Shown here in pieces: positions 1 to 9,159 of a stretch of 55,301 nt of DNA. The DNA lies in the NCBI GenBank assembly GCA_038842485.1, contig JAWBSP010000006.1:1-55301 (forward strand), in the 5' to 3' direction. Origin of the DNA: Candidatus Hadarchaeales archaeon. GTDB taxonomy: Archaea; Hadarchaeota; Hadarchaeia; Hadarchaeales; JAWBSP01. The notes beneath the pieces were generated by a model. That model saw only the letters and a list, made by a program, of their open reading frames with translations, was not told where the DNA came from and ran no database searches. A program made the translations under genes and the position numbers. Numbering within the stretch: the first letter of the stretch is position 1; the number at the start of each line of letters is the position of its first letter.

Positions 1-2
1 TC

Positions 3-2228
3 AACCTCACCCTGAGCAACCCGCAGGGATACGTCACTCTGAAGAACCTCTCGGGCACTGTGAGCGGTCCGAACTCCAGCTTCAGCATCAGCGCGAACGT
101 TAAGGCGGGCGGAAGCGGAACCATCGGCGTTTCGGGAACCAAGACATTGAGCGAACTTCTGAGCGGGTTCGGCGGCGGCAGCAGCGGCAGCGGAACCGGG
201 CCGAATGTAACCGCCCAGCTAAAGGTGGAGGGAGGCAGGCTGGTTCTCTACCTGGGCATCGACACCTGGAAGCTTAACCCGACCAGCGGTCTGACGGTGA
301 GCATGCAGGTGCCGACCCTCAAGGTGGTGCTGAACAGCGTTAACCTGAGTCTTGGGAGCGGACAGGTGAGCGTGAGTGCGAATGTGGGCTTCAACGCCTC
401 GGACGTCGGGGTCTCGGTCAACTATTCGGGTAGCACCAGCATCCTCAACAAGGAGTTCACGATAGACGTCCCGGCTTTCGTGGTGCCGCTGGAGTTTGCC
501 GGTATACCGGTAGAGATAACCGTCTACGCTAGCGTTAGGATCTCCCAGCCGACCATTTCCATCCAGCTAGGTCCGGATCTGACCCAACAGCAGCTCAGCG
601 GTTCCGTCAGCTTCAGCTTCATCGGAGCGACTCCTGGCATAGGGGTGAGCGTGGTCGGGTACCAGGTCTTCAGTGCGGCAGGGGGTATAGGCTTGGGCTT
701 CAGCAATCCGAGCTTTGCCGTTGGCCACAATACCTCGGGATGGTTCGTCACCGTCGGCACGGGCCAGCTGGTGTTCACCACTGTAAGTATCAAGATCAAG
801 GTCCTCGGAGTGGAGGTAGGAACCATCAACGTGCCCCAGTGGAGCTACACGCTCTGGGGAGGCACCAGCAAGACCTGGAACCTGGGCACAGGATTCACTC
901 CCTCGCTCACCAACGTCACGGATCAGTTCAGCAAGTTCGCTGAGGGAGTTGGTGAGGGTCTCTACCGGTGGGTGAACGACTGCATAAAGAACCTCTCAGG
1001 CTGGGCCAACTCTGTAGGTCAGGCCATCAGGCAGATGGTGGCGCAGGGCCTGTACAACGTCAGCCAGGCCATCAACAACGGCTGGATAAGCCTGCAGGAG
1101 GCCCTCAACAATGCCTGGATTTCTGTGTGGGACGCCATCAGGTTCCACAACCACGAGGTGACCTACGTCGCCCCAGCATGGACTATGTCATACCCGAACG
1201 GCTGGACTTATACCGAGCTTGACCCGAGCAGGACCCTGAAGGCACCGGCGGGTGACTACAACGGCGACGGCAAGTGCTTCTATGTCTATGCCGAGCCGGC
1301 TTACCTGTCCACCGATACGCACGAGGCCTACTGGGAGAGGGACCTGCCGGATGGTCCAGTGCCGGCCGGAATCAAGATGGCCTTCAATGCGTTGTACACA
1401 TACTACGGCGACGGCGAGGTTGATGAGGAGGTAATCAGAATACAGGTCTTGGAGGGCGGAACCTGGAGGACGGTTGCAGAGAGGGCCGTGAGCGGCAGTC
1501 ACGCCGTCTCGGTAGGACAGTGGAGTTCAAGCGGGATAGCTGCCCAGTGGGTCACCACCGCTCCCACAACTAAGGTGAGAATCTACATGAAGGTCAGCGA
1601 TTACGAGGGCGCATTGGGAGGAGAGGAGTGCGGCATTGCTCTCGATGCCTTCCAGATCAAGTTCTCAAGACCCGGTGAGTTTAAGACCACCACGCTGAGC
1701 GCCACGGCCGCTGCAGCGGTTTCCCAGCTCAATCCCAACACCAACTACTCCGGGAAGATGAGGGTGGAGACCTATGACTGGCTCCTCACCCGCAGCGACT
1801 GGAGAACCTACGTGAAGTTCAGCCTGAGCAGCCTGCCCTCCGATGCCATCATCACCAAGGCCGTCCTGAGGATGTACTGCACGCAGGCCGATGGTGGCTG
1901 GCCGAGTGGGACCATCACGGTGGTCTGCCACTATGTCACGAATGACTCTTGGAGCAGCAGCGGAATAACTTGGAACAACCAGCCCATGAGCACTAGTCCT
2001 AACCCAACCTCCCTGATTGCGGACACGGTTGCCATCGGCGGAGGGTCGGAGCCACACAGCGTGAATAGCTGGATCAGCTGGAACGTGCTCGGGCCAGCCA
2101 TTGATGCCTTCAACACGGACAAGGTGGTGTCCTTCATGCTCAGGGACACCGACGAGGCTCAGTGGTGCTACGGAATCTGGGCCGAGTTCAGCTCGGCACA
2201 GCTGTACCTCGAGTACTTCGACCCTTAG
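3..2228 (+). CDS. Large putative surface/secreted protein (5'-truncated by window) with C-terminal DNRLRE/CBM96-like domain
   Basis: Frame is open from position 3 (NLTLSNPQGYV...). Ser/Gly/Val/Thr-rich beta-type sequence. The C-terminal TYVKFSLSSLPSDAIITKAVLRMY...WSSSGITWNNQP pattern is typical of DNRLRE-type domains. Confidence 0.6.
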   Translation, partial: NLTLSNPQGYVTLKNLSGTVSGPNSSFSISANVKAGGSGTIGVSGTKTLSELLSGFGGGSSGSGTGPNVTAQLKVEGGRLVLYLGIDTWKLNPTSGLTVSMQVPTLKVVLNSVNLSLGSGQVSVSANVGFNASDVGVSVNYSGSTSILNKEFTIDVPAFVVPLEFAGIPVEITVYASVRISQPTISIQLGPDLTQQQLSGSVSFSFIGATPGIGVSVVGYQVFSAAGGIGLGFSNPSFAVGHNTSGWFVTVGTGQLVFTTVSIKIKVLGVEVGTINVPQWSYTLWGGTSKTWNLGTGFTPSLTNVTDQFSKFAEGVGEGLYRWVNDCIKNLSGWANSVGQAIRQMVAQGLYNVSQAINNGWISLQEALNNAWISVWDAIRFHNHEVTYVAPAWTMSYPNGWTYTELDPSRTLKAPAGDYNGDGKCFYVYAEPAYLSTDTHEAYWERDLPDGPVPAGIKMAFNALYTYYGDGEVDEEVIRIQVLEGGTWRTVAERAVSGSHAVSVGQWSSSGIAAQWVTTAPTTKVRIYMKVSDYEGALGGEECGIALDAFQIKFSRPGEFKTTTLSATAAAAVSQLNPNTNYSGKMRVETYDWLLTRSDWRTYVKFSLSSLPSDAIITKAVLRMYCTQADGGWPSGTITVVCHYVTNDSWSSSGITWNNQPMSTSPNPTSLIADTVAIGGGSEPHSVNSWISWNVLGPAIDAFNTDKVVSFMLRDTDEAQWCYGIWAEFSSAQLYLEYFDP

Positions 2229-2430
2229 TCAACAGTATTTTAGCATCGAATGTATCCAGAAGCTACCGAGAACTGAGACGATTTTTTAGCCGTTAAGGTG
2301 CAAGGATTTGTTTTTCCGTCAAATGCTGTAGCTTCCGACCGATAATCAAAAGGAATGGAACGGGCAATAACGTTTTTCGACAAGATTCATCCAACAATAG
2401 GTGTGACTTGTGAAACCATTCAATAGGGCT

Positions 2431-2793
2431 TCAAACGGCCAGAAGACCTACGTATTCAAGTTTGCCCGTGATTGGATTCACCCTATATCCCAAACTTTCC
2501 AGCGCAACCACACCCAAAACCGGGGTGTCTTTCTCTTCGGCGAAAACAACTTCAACATCTGCCTCATGTTCATCGTATTTTATGGTTACCATGCCGACAT
2601 CCCTTTCCAATTCCTTCCCATCAATGGTCCTGAAGACCCTTTTCCTACGGGGTCTGAGATCTAGCTTGTTCAACACTCTCTTAGGGATCCAAGGAAGGAC
2701 AGAACCCGTATCCACTATCAACTCTACCTCTTGCTCCCCGAGTTCCGGTCTTTGTGGGTTGGTCAAACTTATTTTTATGGAGGTCAAACCCAT
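2431..2793 (-). CDS. Clan AA (retropepsin-like) aspartyl protease
   Basis: LIVDTGS catalytic motif and C-terminal PVLGVVALESLG; 120 aa. Confidence 0.8.
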   Translation of the reverse strand: MGLTSIKISLTNPQRPELGEQEVELIVDTGSVLPWIPKRVLNKLDLRPRRKRVFRTIDGKELERDVGMVTIKYDEHEADVEVVFAEEKDTPVLGVVALESLGYRVNPITGKLEYVGLLAV

Positions 2794-2927
2794 GCTCTTC
2801 TTGGTTTGTTGTTAGATAAATCTTCCAGCCGCCCCAACAGCCATTTTGGCACTATTATAAACCACTTCTCGTTACATGGTACCAACCTTCGCTTTTGCTC
2901 AGTGGGACTCGTAACCCAAGGTTTGAA

Positions 2928-3016
2928 CGCCGGGGAGGGGATTTGAACCCCTGCTCCCCCGAAAGGGGAACCGGATCTCGAGTCCGGCGCCTTGGACCTG
3001 GCTAGGCTACCCCGGC
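2928..3016 (-). tRNA. tRNA-Ser(CGA)
   Basis: Reverse complement reads GCCGGGGTAGCCTAGCCAGGTCCAAGGCG CCGGA-CT-CGA-GA-TCCGG, then a long variable arm and GGTTCAAATCC T-arm. Discriminator is G; CCA is not encoded. Confidence 0.93.
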
Positions 3017-3032
3017 ATCAAAAACTTGTTTG

Positions 3033-4154
3033 CTAGAGATTTACGGCTCGTCGGTAACTTTTTCTATAAACTGCTCTGTATTTGCCCCTCTTCCTCGGCA
3101 CGAGCTTTATGCCCCGGGAGAGCTCTTTCTTGCACTGCTTGCACACGAGCATGAGATTCTCCAGCGAAAATCCCCCTTCTGGATTCACCTTCGCGATTTC
3201 CAAATCCTCCTCACTAAGGCAGTATTCGCATCCATCCAGCTCCTTTTTTAGGAAGAGGAGAAGGAGCCCGGGTGCAAGCCTCTCTATCTTTTCTCTCCCC
3301 TCAACTTTTTTCAACCAGCTGGATGGGATGGCTCCAACTCCCAGAAGCGCACCCGATAGGGCGCCCGTCATGGATCCGATGGTGTCGGCATCTCCCCCAA
3401 GTGAAACGGCGGTGAGCACAGCCCCCTTGAAGTCGAGGGGATGGCTCAGGAAGCAGTAAAGGGCGGTCGGGACGGAGTTGAAGGCCTCCACCCCATTCCC
3501 AAGCTCTTGGACGATTCTGGACTGGAGTGGGGCCTCTGACAGGAGTTTCCTTAACCCCCTCAGCTTCTCTTGGAAGATTTGGGATTCCACAGATTTCTCC
3601 AATTCCCCGAGGAACGAAAGGGGGTCAAAGTTCCCGGGCTCGGAATGTAGGGCGAGATGAATGGCCCTCGCCTGCAACACCGCCCCCTCAATCCCGGCTG
3701 GGTGAGCATGTGTCAGGCGGCTGCACTCGCGCACCGCCTGAACCATCTCCTCTCCCTCCAGCACGAGGGCGAGCGGTGCCACCCGCATGGCTGCCCCGTT
3801 TCCGAAAGATCCCTCGCCCCCCATCGACTCCTGCGCGAGCCGTCTCCAGTCTCCCCCCTCTCTCACGGCCTGCAGGATTTGGAAGGTGTTGGGACCGTAC
3901 CCCCGTGTGGGGTCGAAGTTCAGGGCAAAGGTCCTGGCTGCATGCTCTGGATCAAATCCCCCTTTTTCCACAAGGGACTTTGCAAGATTCAGCGTCATTT
4001 CAGTGTCGTCAGTGTATCGCAGGATGCCTTCTCTTTCCGCGACCTCCTCAACCAGTCGAGGATCCACTAGGTCTGACCCCTCAAAGGGGCGGCCGATTCC
4101 GTCACCAATTGCTAGTCCCAGCAGACAGCCCTTGAACTTTTCCAGCAGATCCAT
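3033..4154 (-). CDS. ADP-ribosylglycohydrolase (DraG/ARH family) with C-terminal degenerate HNH-like zinc finger
   Basis: GLAIGDGIG, YTDDTEM, SFGNGAAMRVAP and GGDADTIGSM ARH motifs. C-terminal CEYC...GG...NL..VCKQC followed by a basic tail. Confidence 0.88.
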   Translation of the reverse strand: MDLLEKFKGCLLGLAIGDGIGRPFEGSDLVDPRLVEEVAEREGILRYTDDTEMTLNLAKSLVEKGGFDPEHAARTFALNFDPTRGYGPNTFQILQAVREGGDWRRLAQESMGGEGSFGNGAAMRVAPLALVLEGEEMVQAVRECSRLTHAHPAGIEGAVLQARAIHLALHSEPGNFDPLSFLGELEKSVESQIFQEKLRGLRKLLSEAPLQSRIVQELGNGVEAFNSVPTALYCFLSHPLDFKGAVLTAVSLGGDADTIGSMTGALSGALLGVGAIPSSWLKKVEGREKIERLAPGLLLLFLKKELDGCEYCLSEEDLEIAKVNPEGGFSLENLMLVCKQCKKELSRGIKLVPRKRGKYRAVYRKSYRRAVNL

Positions 4155-4936
4155 CAGACCACCTGTTCCTCCTTCCCGAGGTCGAGCTCGCTCTCGGTCC
4201 CAAAGGCTCTCTCTATGGCAGAGACGAGCTCCGTAATCCCCTGCCCGCTCGTGCTTGAGACCGGGAGGAGCTCACCTGGCAGTCCGACGCCGTGAAGGGC
4301 ATGGAGAAGGGAATAGGCCACCTCCCTTTGGAGCGGGTTGGGTTCCTCCTGTAGGGCATCCACGAGTTTCTCTTCATTCTCCCACCACTCGAGTATTGTT
4401 TCGAGTTTCTCCGGCTCGAGGAGATCGACCTTAGAGAGGGCGATGATCTGGGGGGTCCTGAACCGGACGAAAATGGAGGCTGAGAGCATGAGCAGGGAAA
4501 CAAAGGAGCAGGGACGCTGCGACATGAAGGAGTCCGCGAGGAAGATGGTGAGCTTTCGCTCCCCCAACTCCTGAATGACGGCAGGCCCCGTCTCCCGGAA
4601 GGCAAAGAGTTCCATTTGTCCAGGGGTGTCCACTAGGGCGTAGTCGGGGTGCATGCCCTTGATGAGCTCGCGCAGCCTGGGAAGGTGTTCGACCAGCATG
4701 TCGATGGCGGCAATCAGTCCACCGTTCGGCCCCAGCCTGTAGGTTCTCATGATCTCGGTGAGGGAGATGTCCTTCCGGATGTCTATCTCTGGAGTGTAGG
4801 GGAGCCACTCCGCTCCCGGGTCGAGGTTGATGGCGATGCAGTCCAGATCCATTCCCTCAAGGGTGTCCAGCAGGGTCTGGGTGAGGGTGGACTTTCCAGA
4901 GCCCGCCGGACCTAGAAGGTAGATGAGGTTCGTCAT
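4154..4936 (-). CDS. GPN-loop GTPase
   Basis: GPAGSGKST Walker A, NLDPG, LGPNGG (GPN loop), DTPGQMELF. Confidence 0.92.
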   Translation of the reverse strand: MTNLIYLLGPAGSGKSTLTQTLLDTLEGMDLDCIAINLDPGAEWLPYTPEIDIRKDISLTEIMRTYRLGPNGGLIAAIDMLVEHLPRLRELIKGMHPDYALVDTPGQMELFAFRETGPAVIQELGERKLTIFLADSFMSQRPCSFVSLLMLSASIFVRFRTPQIIALSKVDLLEPEKLETILEWWENEEKLVDALQEEPNPLQREVAYSLLHALHGVGLPGELLPVSSTSGQGITELVSAIERAFGTESELDLGKEEQVV

Positions 4937-4957
4937 CAGAAATTTCGCGGCGTCCGT

Positions 4958-7900
4958 TTAGGCGAGGAAATCGGCTAGGCTCAGCTGCTTGGAGGGTCCA
5001 CCCTCGAAAAGGCTCTCTATCTCCCCCTCCACCAGTTTCAGTCTCTGCCTCAGGTACTCGCTTATCTGGTATTTTTCGGCTATCTCGCGGGCCATCTTCA
5101 GGTATTTCTCTATCCCGCCCCTGGTCATGGTAAGGATCAGGTTCCCCCCGCATCTCACACATGAACCCGCGAGCGGAACCCTCCTGTATTTCTGGTTACA
5201 CGACACACACCTGAACTTCTGGCTGGCGAAGGTTCTGAGGTTGCCCTTGATGTCCCTTATGAAGTGGTGCTCCACCAACCTCTCCGCCACGTCCCTCTCA
5301 TCCACCGCTCTTATCCGCTCGGCCAGTTCAAGCTGGGATTTGGTTTTCTCTTCCATGCTCTCCAGCAGCTTGTACTTCGAAAGCGGAGGGCCGCCCGAGA
5401 TGTCCGAGGTATCGTGGTTGAAGCCGAACTCGTACTTCCTCTCCGTTTTGAGTCTCGATTCCATCACCTCCACCAGACCGAGCACCTCCGCGGGGGCACT
5501 CCCTTCCACCGCTTTCTGGTAGAACTCGAGGGGCAGTTCACTTGAGACCTCCACGTGGTGAGCCTCCTTGTCCACCTCCAAGGGATCTATCCTGGTGATT
5601 AGCATCAGGGGGGCATCCATGGTCCCACCCCTCTTTTCGGGCAGGAACCTTCGGCTGAAGTTGAGTAGCCCGTCCAGCAGGAGCATGACGGCATCCTGGT
5701 CGCCGTCGCAGTCCCTCCTCTTCGCCGCATGGAAGAAGGGACTAGCGAAGCAAACGCTGGCGTCGGTGAAGCCCACGATTCTGGCCACCACTCCGACCGA
5801 GGTGTGGGGGGCAATGGCTAGGAGCAGGTGCCCGACCAAGTCCTCCCTCGTTTTGCAGCGGTAGAAGGGCTGGAGGCCGTACAGCTTCTCCAGCAGCTCG
5901 TCCACGAACCTCGAGGCTTTGACCAAGTAGTCGGCGCACTCCTTCGAGATGATCACATCCTGAACCCTGAGTTCGAGCAGCTGGTCCTCCCGCTCAAGGG
6001 GTTCTCCCTGCCAGTCGGTTTCGTAGCCCAGCTCCCTCAGCTTTTCCACGCTCACCCCGACCTCCTTGGGCTTAAAGTGTGTGAGGGGCATGTTGGTCAG
6101 GTCGTATCTCACCGTCCCGTCCTTGAAGACGAAGACCCCATGCTTGGCTCTCAGAATTCCCTTCTCGAGCGGTTCGGGGAACTTGGAGGCACTGGTGAGT
6201 CCCTTTACACCCTTTATCTCCTCCGGAAGCTTCTCCCCCAACCTTTCCGCGGCTTGCTGGAGGAGGTCCTTGAGCGGGATGCTTCTCCGGTCGAAGTAGG
6301 AGGCCCTCTCCCCGTGAGAGGGGCAGCGCTCCCCCTTCGCCTCTCTCTTGCAGCATGGGAAAATCCTGACGTACTCCGTTTCGGCTCCACACTTTTCGCA
6401 CCTTTTCCTGATGGTCACCTCCCCGCAGTTCGGGCAGACAAGCCGCACCACTTCAACTAGGAGTTCCCCCTTGGTTTCCTCCAGCTTGCTCGCGGCCTTC
6501 ACCAAGTTTCTCGTGGACCCACCAGCGGTGGAAACTGGGAACAGAACGTGAGGCGGAGGTTTCATCTTTCTGGGACTGGCTTTCTCCGGTCTTCCCATTC
6601 TCGCCCCCACCACGGTGGGTGCCCTTCTCCGGATGGGAAAACCCGCTATTTTCTGCAGACCTTCAAGGGGGGGTAGGAAGGAGAGCGGGGCCCTCTTTTC
6701 TTTCTGGAAAAGGGAGAGGCACTTGGCGAGCACCAAGGCGTGATCGGTTAGGACGACCTCACCATCCTCCACCGAGTGCGGCACGCCTAGCAATTCGAGC
6801 ACCCTTTTGGGTTCCCCCATCTTCACCCGCAGGCTCTTGAGGACCCCTGCTTCGTACGAGGGAACCCCGGTTTCCAGCCAGTCGGCCAGTTCGCAGAGCT
6901 GTTTTCCAGTGACTGCCTCGAAGTCGTAGGTGTAGAAGGGGTGCAGTGGAATCCCATGTTTCTCCGAGAGCTCCACCGCGAGTTCAGGAGGGGGAGGCGG
7001 GAAGGGAGGATTCAGGTACGGCTCGATTTTCCCAAGTTCTTGGGGGGCGAGAATGGAGCGAACCTCTTTCGCCCACCATTCCTCGCACCAAGCGGGGGGG
7101 AGCAGGGGATGGTTGTTTTCCAAGAACTCACCGAAGCTCACGAGAAGGTCTCCAAGGAAGAGGATTTCCTCCACCTCTCCCTTGAGTGCTCTAGCCTGCT
7201 CGACGGAGTTCACCCTCACGACGGAGCCGTTCTTGAGCTTGAGGGTGGGTCCCTCAATACTGTCGACTGGGGCCACCGTGGCAGCTTTGCCTGGAAATTC
7301 GGTCTTGAGCTGGGTACCCACGGCTGGGAACTCCTCCAAGATGTACATGGTGGCTGGATGCATGCCCACCGTGGCGTAGCCCGTGTTCCTGGCTCTCCCG
7401 TACCTGAGTCTGAAGCCCCCCCGAGCGTGCGGGTGACAAAAGACGGGTCTGCCCCCGATTACCTCTTTGAGGTACCTCTCCTCACCCTCCTCCTCTTCCC
7501 CTTCTTCCTCCTCACCCTCCTCCTCTTCCCCCTCCTCTGTTTGGTCCCGCTCGGCTACTTGTAGCTTTTCCGCCACCTTGTGTAGCCAGTCCCAGCCGTC
7601 CAGTTCCAGCTTTTCCACGTATTTCAGGAGCTTGGGAGCCTTCTGGAGCACTCCCTCCACTAGGGCTAGAATCGCACCCCCTCTAACGAAGTTATGCCCA
7701 ACTCTCGGAAGGTTCCGGTGTGCCGTGACCACCGCCTCCTTGTTGGTGGGTTCTCCCGTGACCTCCACCGGCAGGTTCCTGACTGCGAGCCTGATGTCCT
7801 CGGGGGAGGGCGTGAACTGCAGGTGCTCCAGTTCGGCGTAGAGCTCTGCCTCTTCCACGTATCTCTCGATCTCCTCCTCGCTGGGGAGGAAGCGATCTAG

Positions 7901-8398
7901 GTGTAGTTTCCTCCTTATGACATCCCCCACCAGGATGGTCAGCGCGGCCGCCGTCCCCCCCGCGGCTCTGATGGGGCTGGCAAAGTGGAGGGAGAGGTAC
8001 CGAGTCCCGTTGGGGTTCCTCCTCACCTCGACCTTGGTTATCCCCTCTAGCACGGCGGCACCGGGGACTGCCTCCGTGATGATGGCGAGGGCCACCCTCA
8101 GGGCGCGCTCGGCTACCGCCTGCTCGTCCAGCTCGAGATCCCTAGAGGCCATGCGCGCAGCCACCGTGAGGGCGAGCTCCTCCCTGCTCCGGTCTCTCTC
8201 GAGTTGGCGTATCTCCTCGGCCAGACCCGGCAGACCCAGTAGCCTCTCCACCCTCTCTGCGAAGTCTCTGGTAAGGGGGATCTCAGGCTCGAGCTCAGGA
8301 TCGAATCCCAGCTTTCTTGCCTTCTTGGCCACTTCGAGGGCTCCCTGAACGCTTCTCTCCAAGTTCCCGAAGTACTTCTCAACTTCTTCGGTTCTCAT
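4958..8398 (-). CDS. polC: DNA polymerase D large subunit DP2 (no intein)
   Basis: IRAAGGT, GGFRLRYGR, GARMGRPEKA, FKDGTVRYD, catalytic HAAKRRDCDGDQD, Zn fingers and a C-terminal PIP box KQLSLADFL. Confidence 0.97.
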   Translation of the reverse strand: MRTEEVEKYFGNLERSVQGALEVAKKARKLGFDPELEPEIPLTRDFAERVERLLGLPGLAEEIRQLERDRSREELALTVAARMASRDLELDEQAVAERALRVALAIITEAVPGAAVLEGITKVEVRRNPNGTRYLSLHFASPIRAAGGTAAALTILVGDVIRRKLHLDRFLPSEEEIERYVEEAELYAELEHLQFTPSPEDIRLAVRNLPVEVTGEPTNKEAVVTAHRNLPRVGHNFVRGGAILALVEGVLQKAPKLLKYVEKLELDGWDWLHKVAEKLQVAERDQTEEGEEEEGEEEEGEEEEGEERYLKEVIGGRPVFCHPHARGGFRLRYGRARNTGYATVGMHPATMYILEEFPAVGTQLKTEFPGKAATVAPVDSIEGPTLKLKNGSVVRVNSVEQARALKGEVEEILFLGDLLVSFGEFLENNHPLLPPAWCEEWWAKEVRSILAPQELGKIEPYLNPPFPPPPPELAVELSEKHGIPLHPFYTYDFEAVTGKQLCELADWLETGVPSYEAGVLKSLRVKMGEPKRVLELLGVPHSVEDGEVVLTDHALVLAKCLSLFQKEKRAPLSFLPPLEGLQKIAGFPIRRRAPTVVGARMGRPEKASPRKMKPPPHVLFPVSTAGGSTRNLVKAASKLEETKGELLVEVVRLVCPNCGEVTIRKRCEKCGAETEYVRIFPCCKREAKGERCPSHGERASYFDRRSIPLKDLLQQAAERLGEKLPEEIKGVKGLTSASKFPEPLEKGILRAKHGVFVFKDGTVRYDLTNMPLTHFKPKEVGVSVEKLRELGYETDWQGEPLEREDQLLELRVQDVIISKECADYLVKASRFVDELLEKLYGLQPFYRCKTREDLVGHLLLAIAPHTSVGVVARIVGFTDASVCFASPFFHAAKRRDCDGDQDAVMLLLDGLLNFSRRFLPEKRGGTMDAPLMLITRIDPLEVDKEAHHVEVSSELPLEFYQKAVEGSAPAEVLGLVEVMESRLKTERKYEFGFNHDTSDISGGPPLSKYKLLESMEEKTKSQLELAERIRAVDERDVAERLVEHHFIRDIKGNLRTFASQKFRCVSCNQKYRRVPLAGSCVRCGGNLILTMTRGGIEKYLKMAREIAEKYQISEYLRQRLKLVEGEIESLFEGGPSKQLSLADFLA
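7478..7537. repeat. 2 x 30 bp tandem repeat encoding Glu/Gly-rich linker in DP2
   Basis: ctcctcaccctcctcctcttccccttcttc / ctcctcaccctcctcctcttccccctcctc (2 mismatches). Confidence 0.85.
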
Positions 8399-9159
8399 AG
8401 GAGATCCCCCAAGCTTTTCACCACAAGGTCCGGTTTGGGTCCTCTCCCAAGCTCTTTCGTCACTCCAGTGAGCACTAGAATCATTTTGAGACCCGCCCTC
8501 TTGGCCGCTTGGAAGTCGGTTTCAATCCTGTCCCCCACAAGAGCCGTGGTTCTGGGTTGAGAGCCGAGGGCCTTCAGAGCCAGCCTGATGAGGAAGGGCT
8601 CGGGTTTTCCTATTACCACATCGGGGGATCTCCCGCTGGCTGCCTCGAGGCTCGAAACTATCGCCCCGGCGCCGGGCAGGAGACCCCTCTCGCTGGGGAA
8701 GGAGCAGTCCCTGTTGGTGGCCACAAATTTTGCTCCGGAGAGGATGGCTCTCATGCCGGCCACCAGTTTGTTGTAGGTGAGCTTCCTATCCAAACCCACG
8801 ACCACGTGCGTGATCCCCCCCGCTTCCCCGTCGACCATTTTTATGCCTGCCAGTTTCAGCTCCTCTTTGAGTCCCCTCTCTCCTATGACATACACCCTCG
8901 CCGCGTGCTCTGCCTTTAGATAAAGGGCTGCCCCGTAGGAGGAGGTGACGATTCGCTCGAGTTCCACCTGGAGACCGAGTTTCCAGAGCCTCCTTTTGCA
9001 ATCCATTCTGGAGAGAGTGGAGTTGTTGGTCAGGAAGGCAAGTTTCTTTCCCCTCCTCTGAAGCTCCTGCAGGGCCTCGGCCGCCCCCTGAATGGGCTTC
9101 TTGCCCCACCAGAGGACGCCGTCCAGGTCCACGATCAGGGAGGAGATGTGCTCAAGCAA
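8395..9159 (-). CDS. HAD-IIA (NagD-like) phosphatase
   Basis: DLDGV motif I, LTNNS, IGKP, VGDRIETD, VLTGV. Confidence 0.9.
   Translation of the reverse strand: MLEHISSLIVDLDGVLWWGKKPIQGAAEALQELQRRGKKLAFLTNNSTLSRMDCKRRLWKLGLQVELERIVTSSYGAALYLKAEHAARVYVIGERGLKEELKLAGIKMVDGEAGGITHVVVGLDRKLTYNKLVAGMRAILSGAKFVATNRDCSFPSERGLLPGAGAIVSSLEAASGRSPDVVIGKPEPFLIRLALKALGSQPRTTALVGDRIETDFQAAKRAGLKMILVLTGVTKELGRGPKPDLVVKSLGDLL

Noticed and set aside
2903-2918. T-arm-like hairpin just 3' of tRNA-Ser (possible att remnant)
   Set aside because: Only a 4-bp stem with an extra loop base, and it does not match this tRNA's own 3' end.
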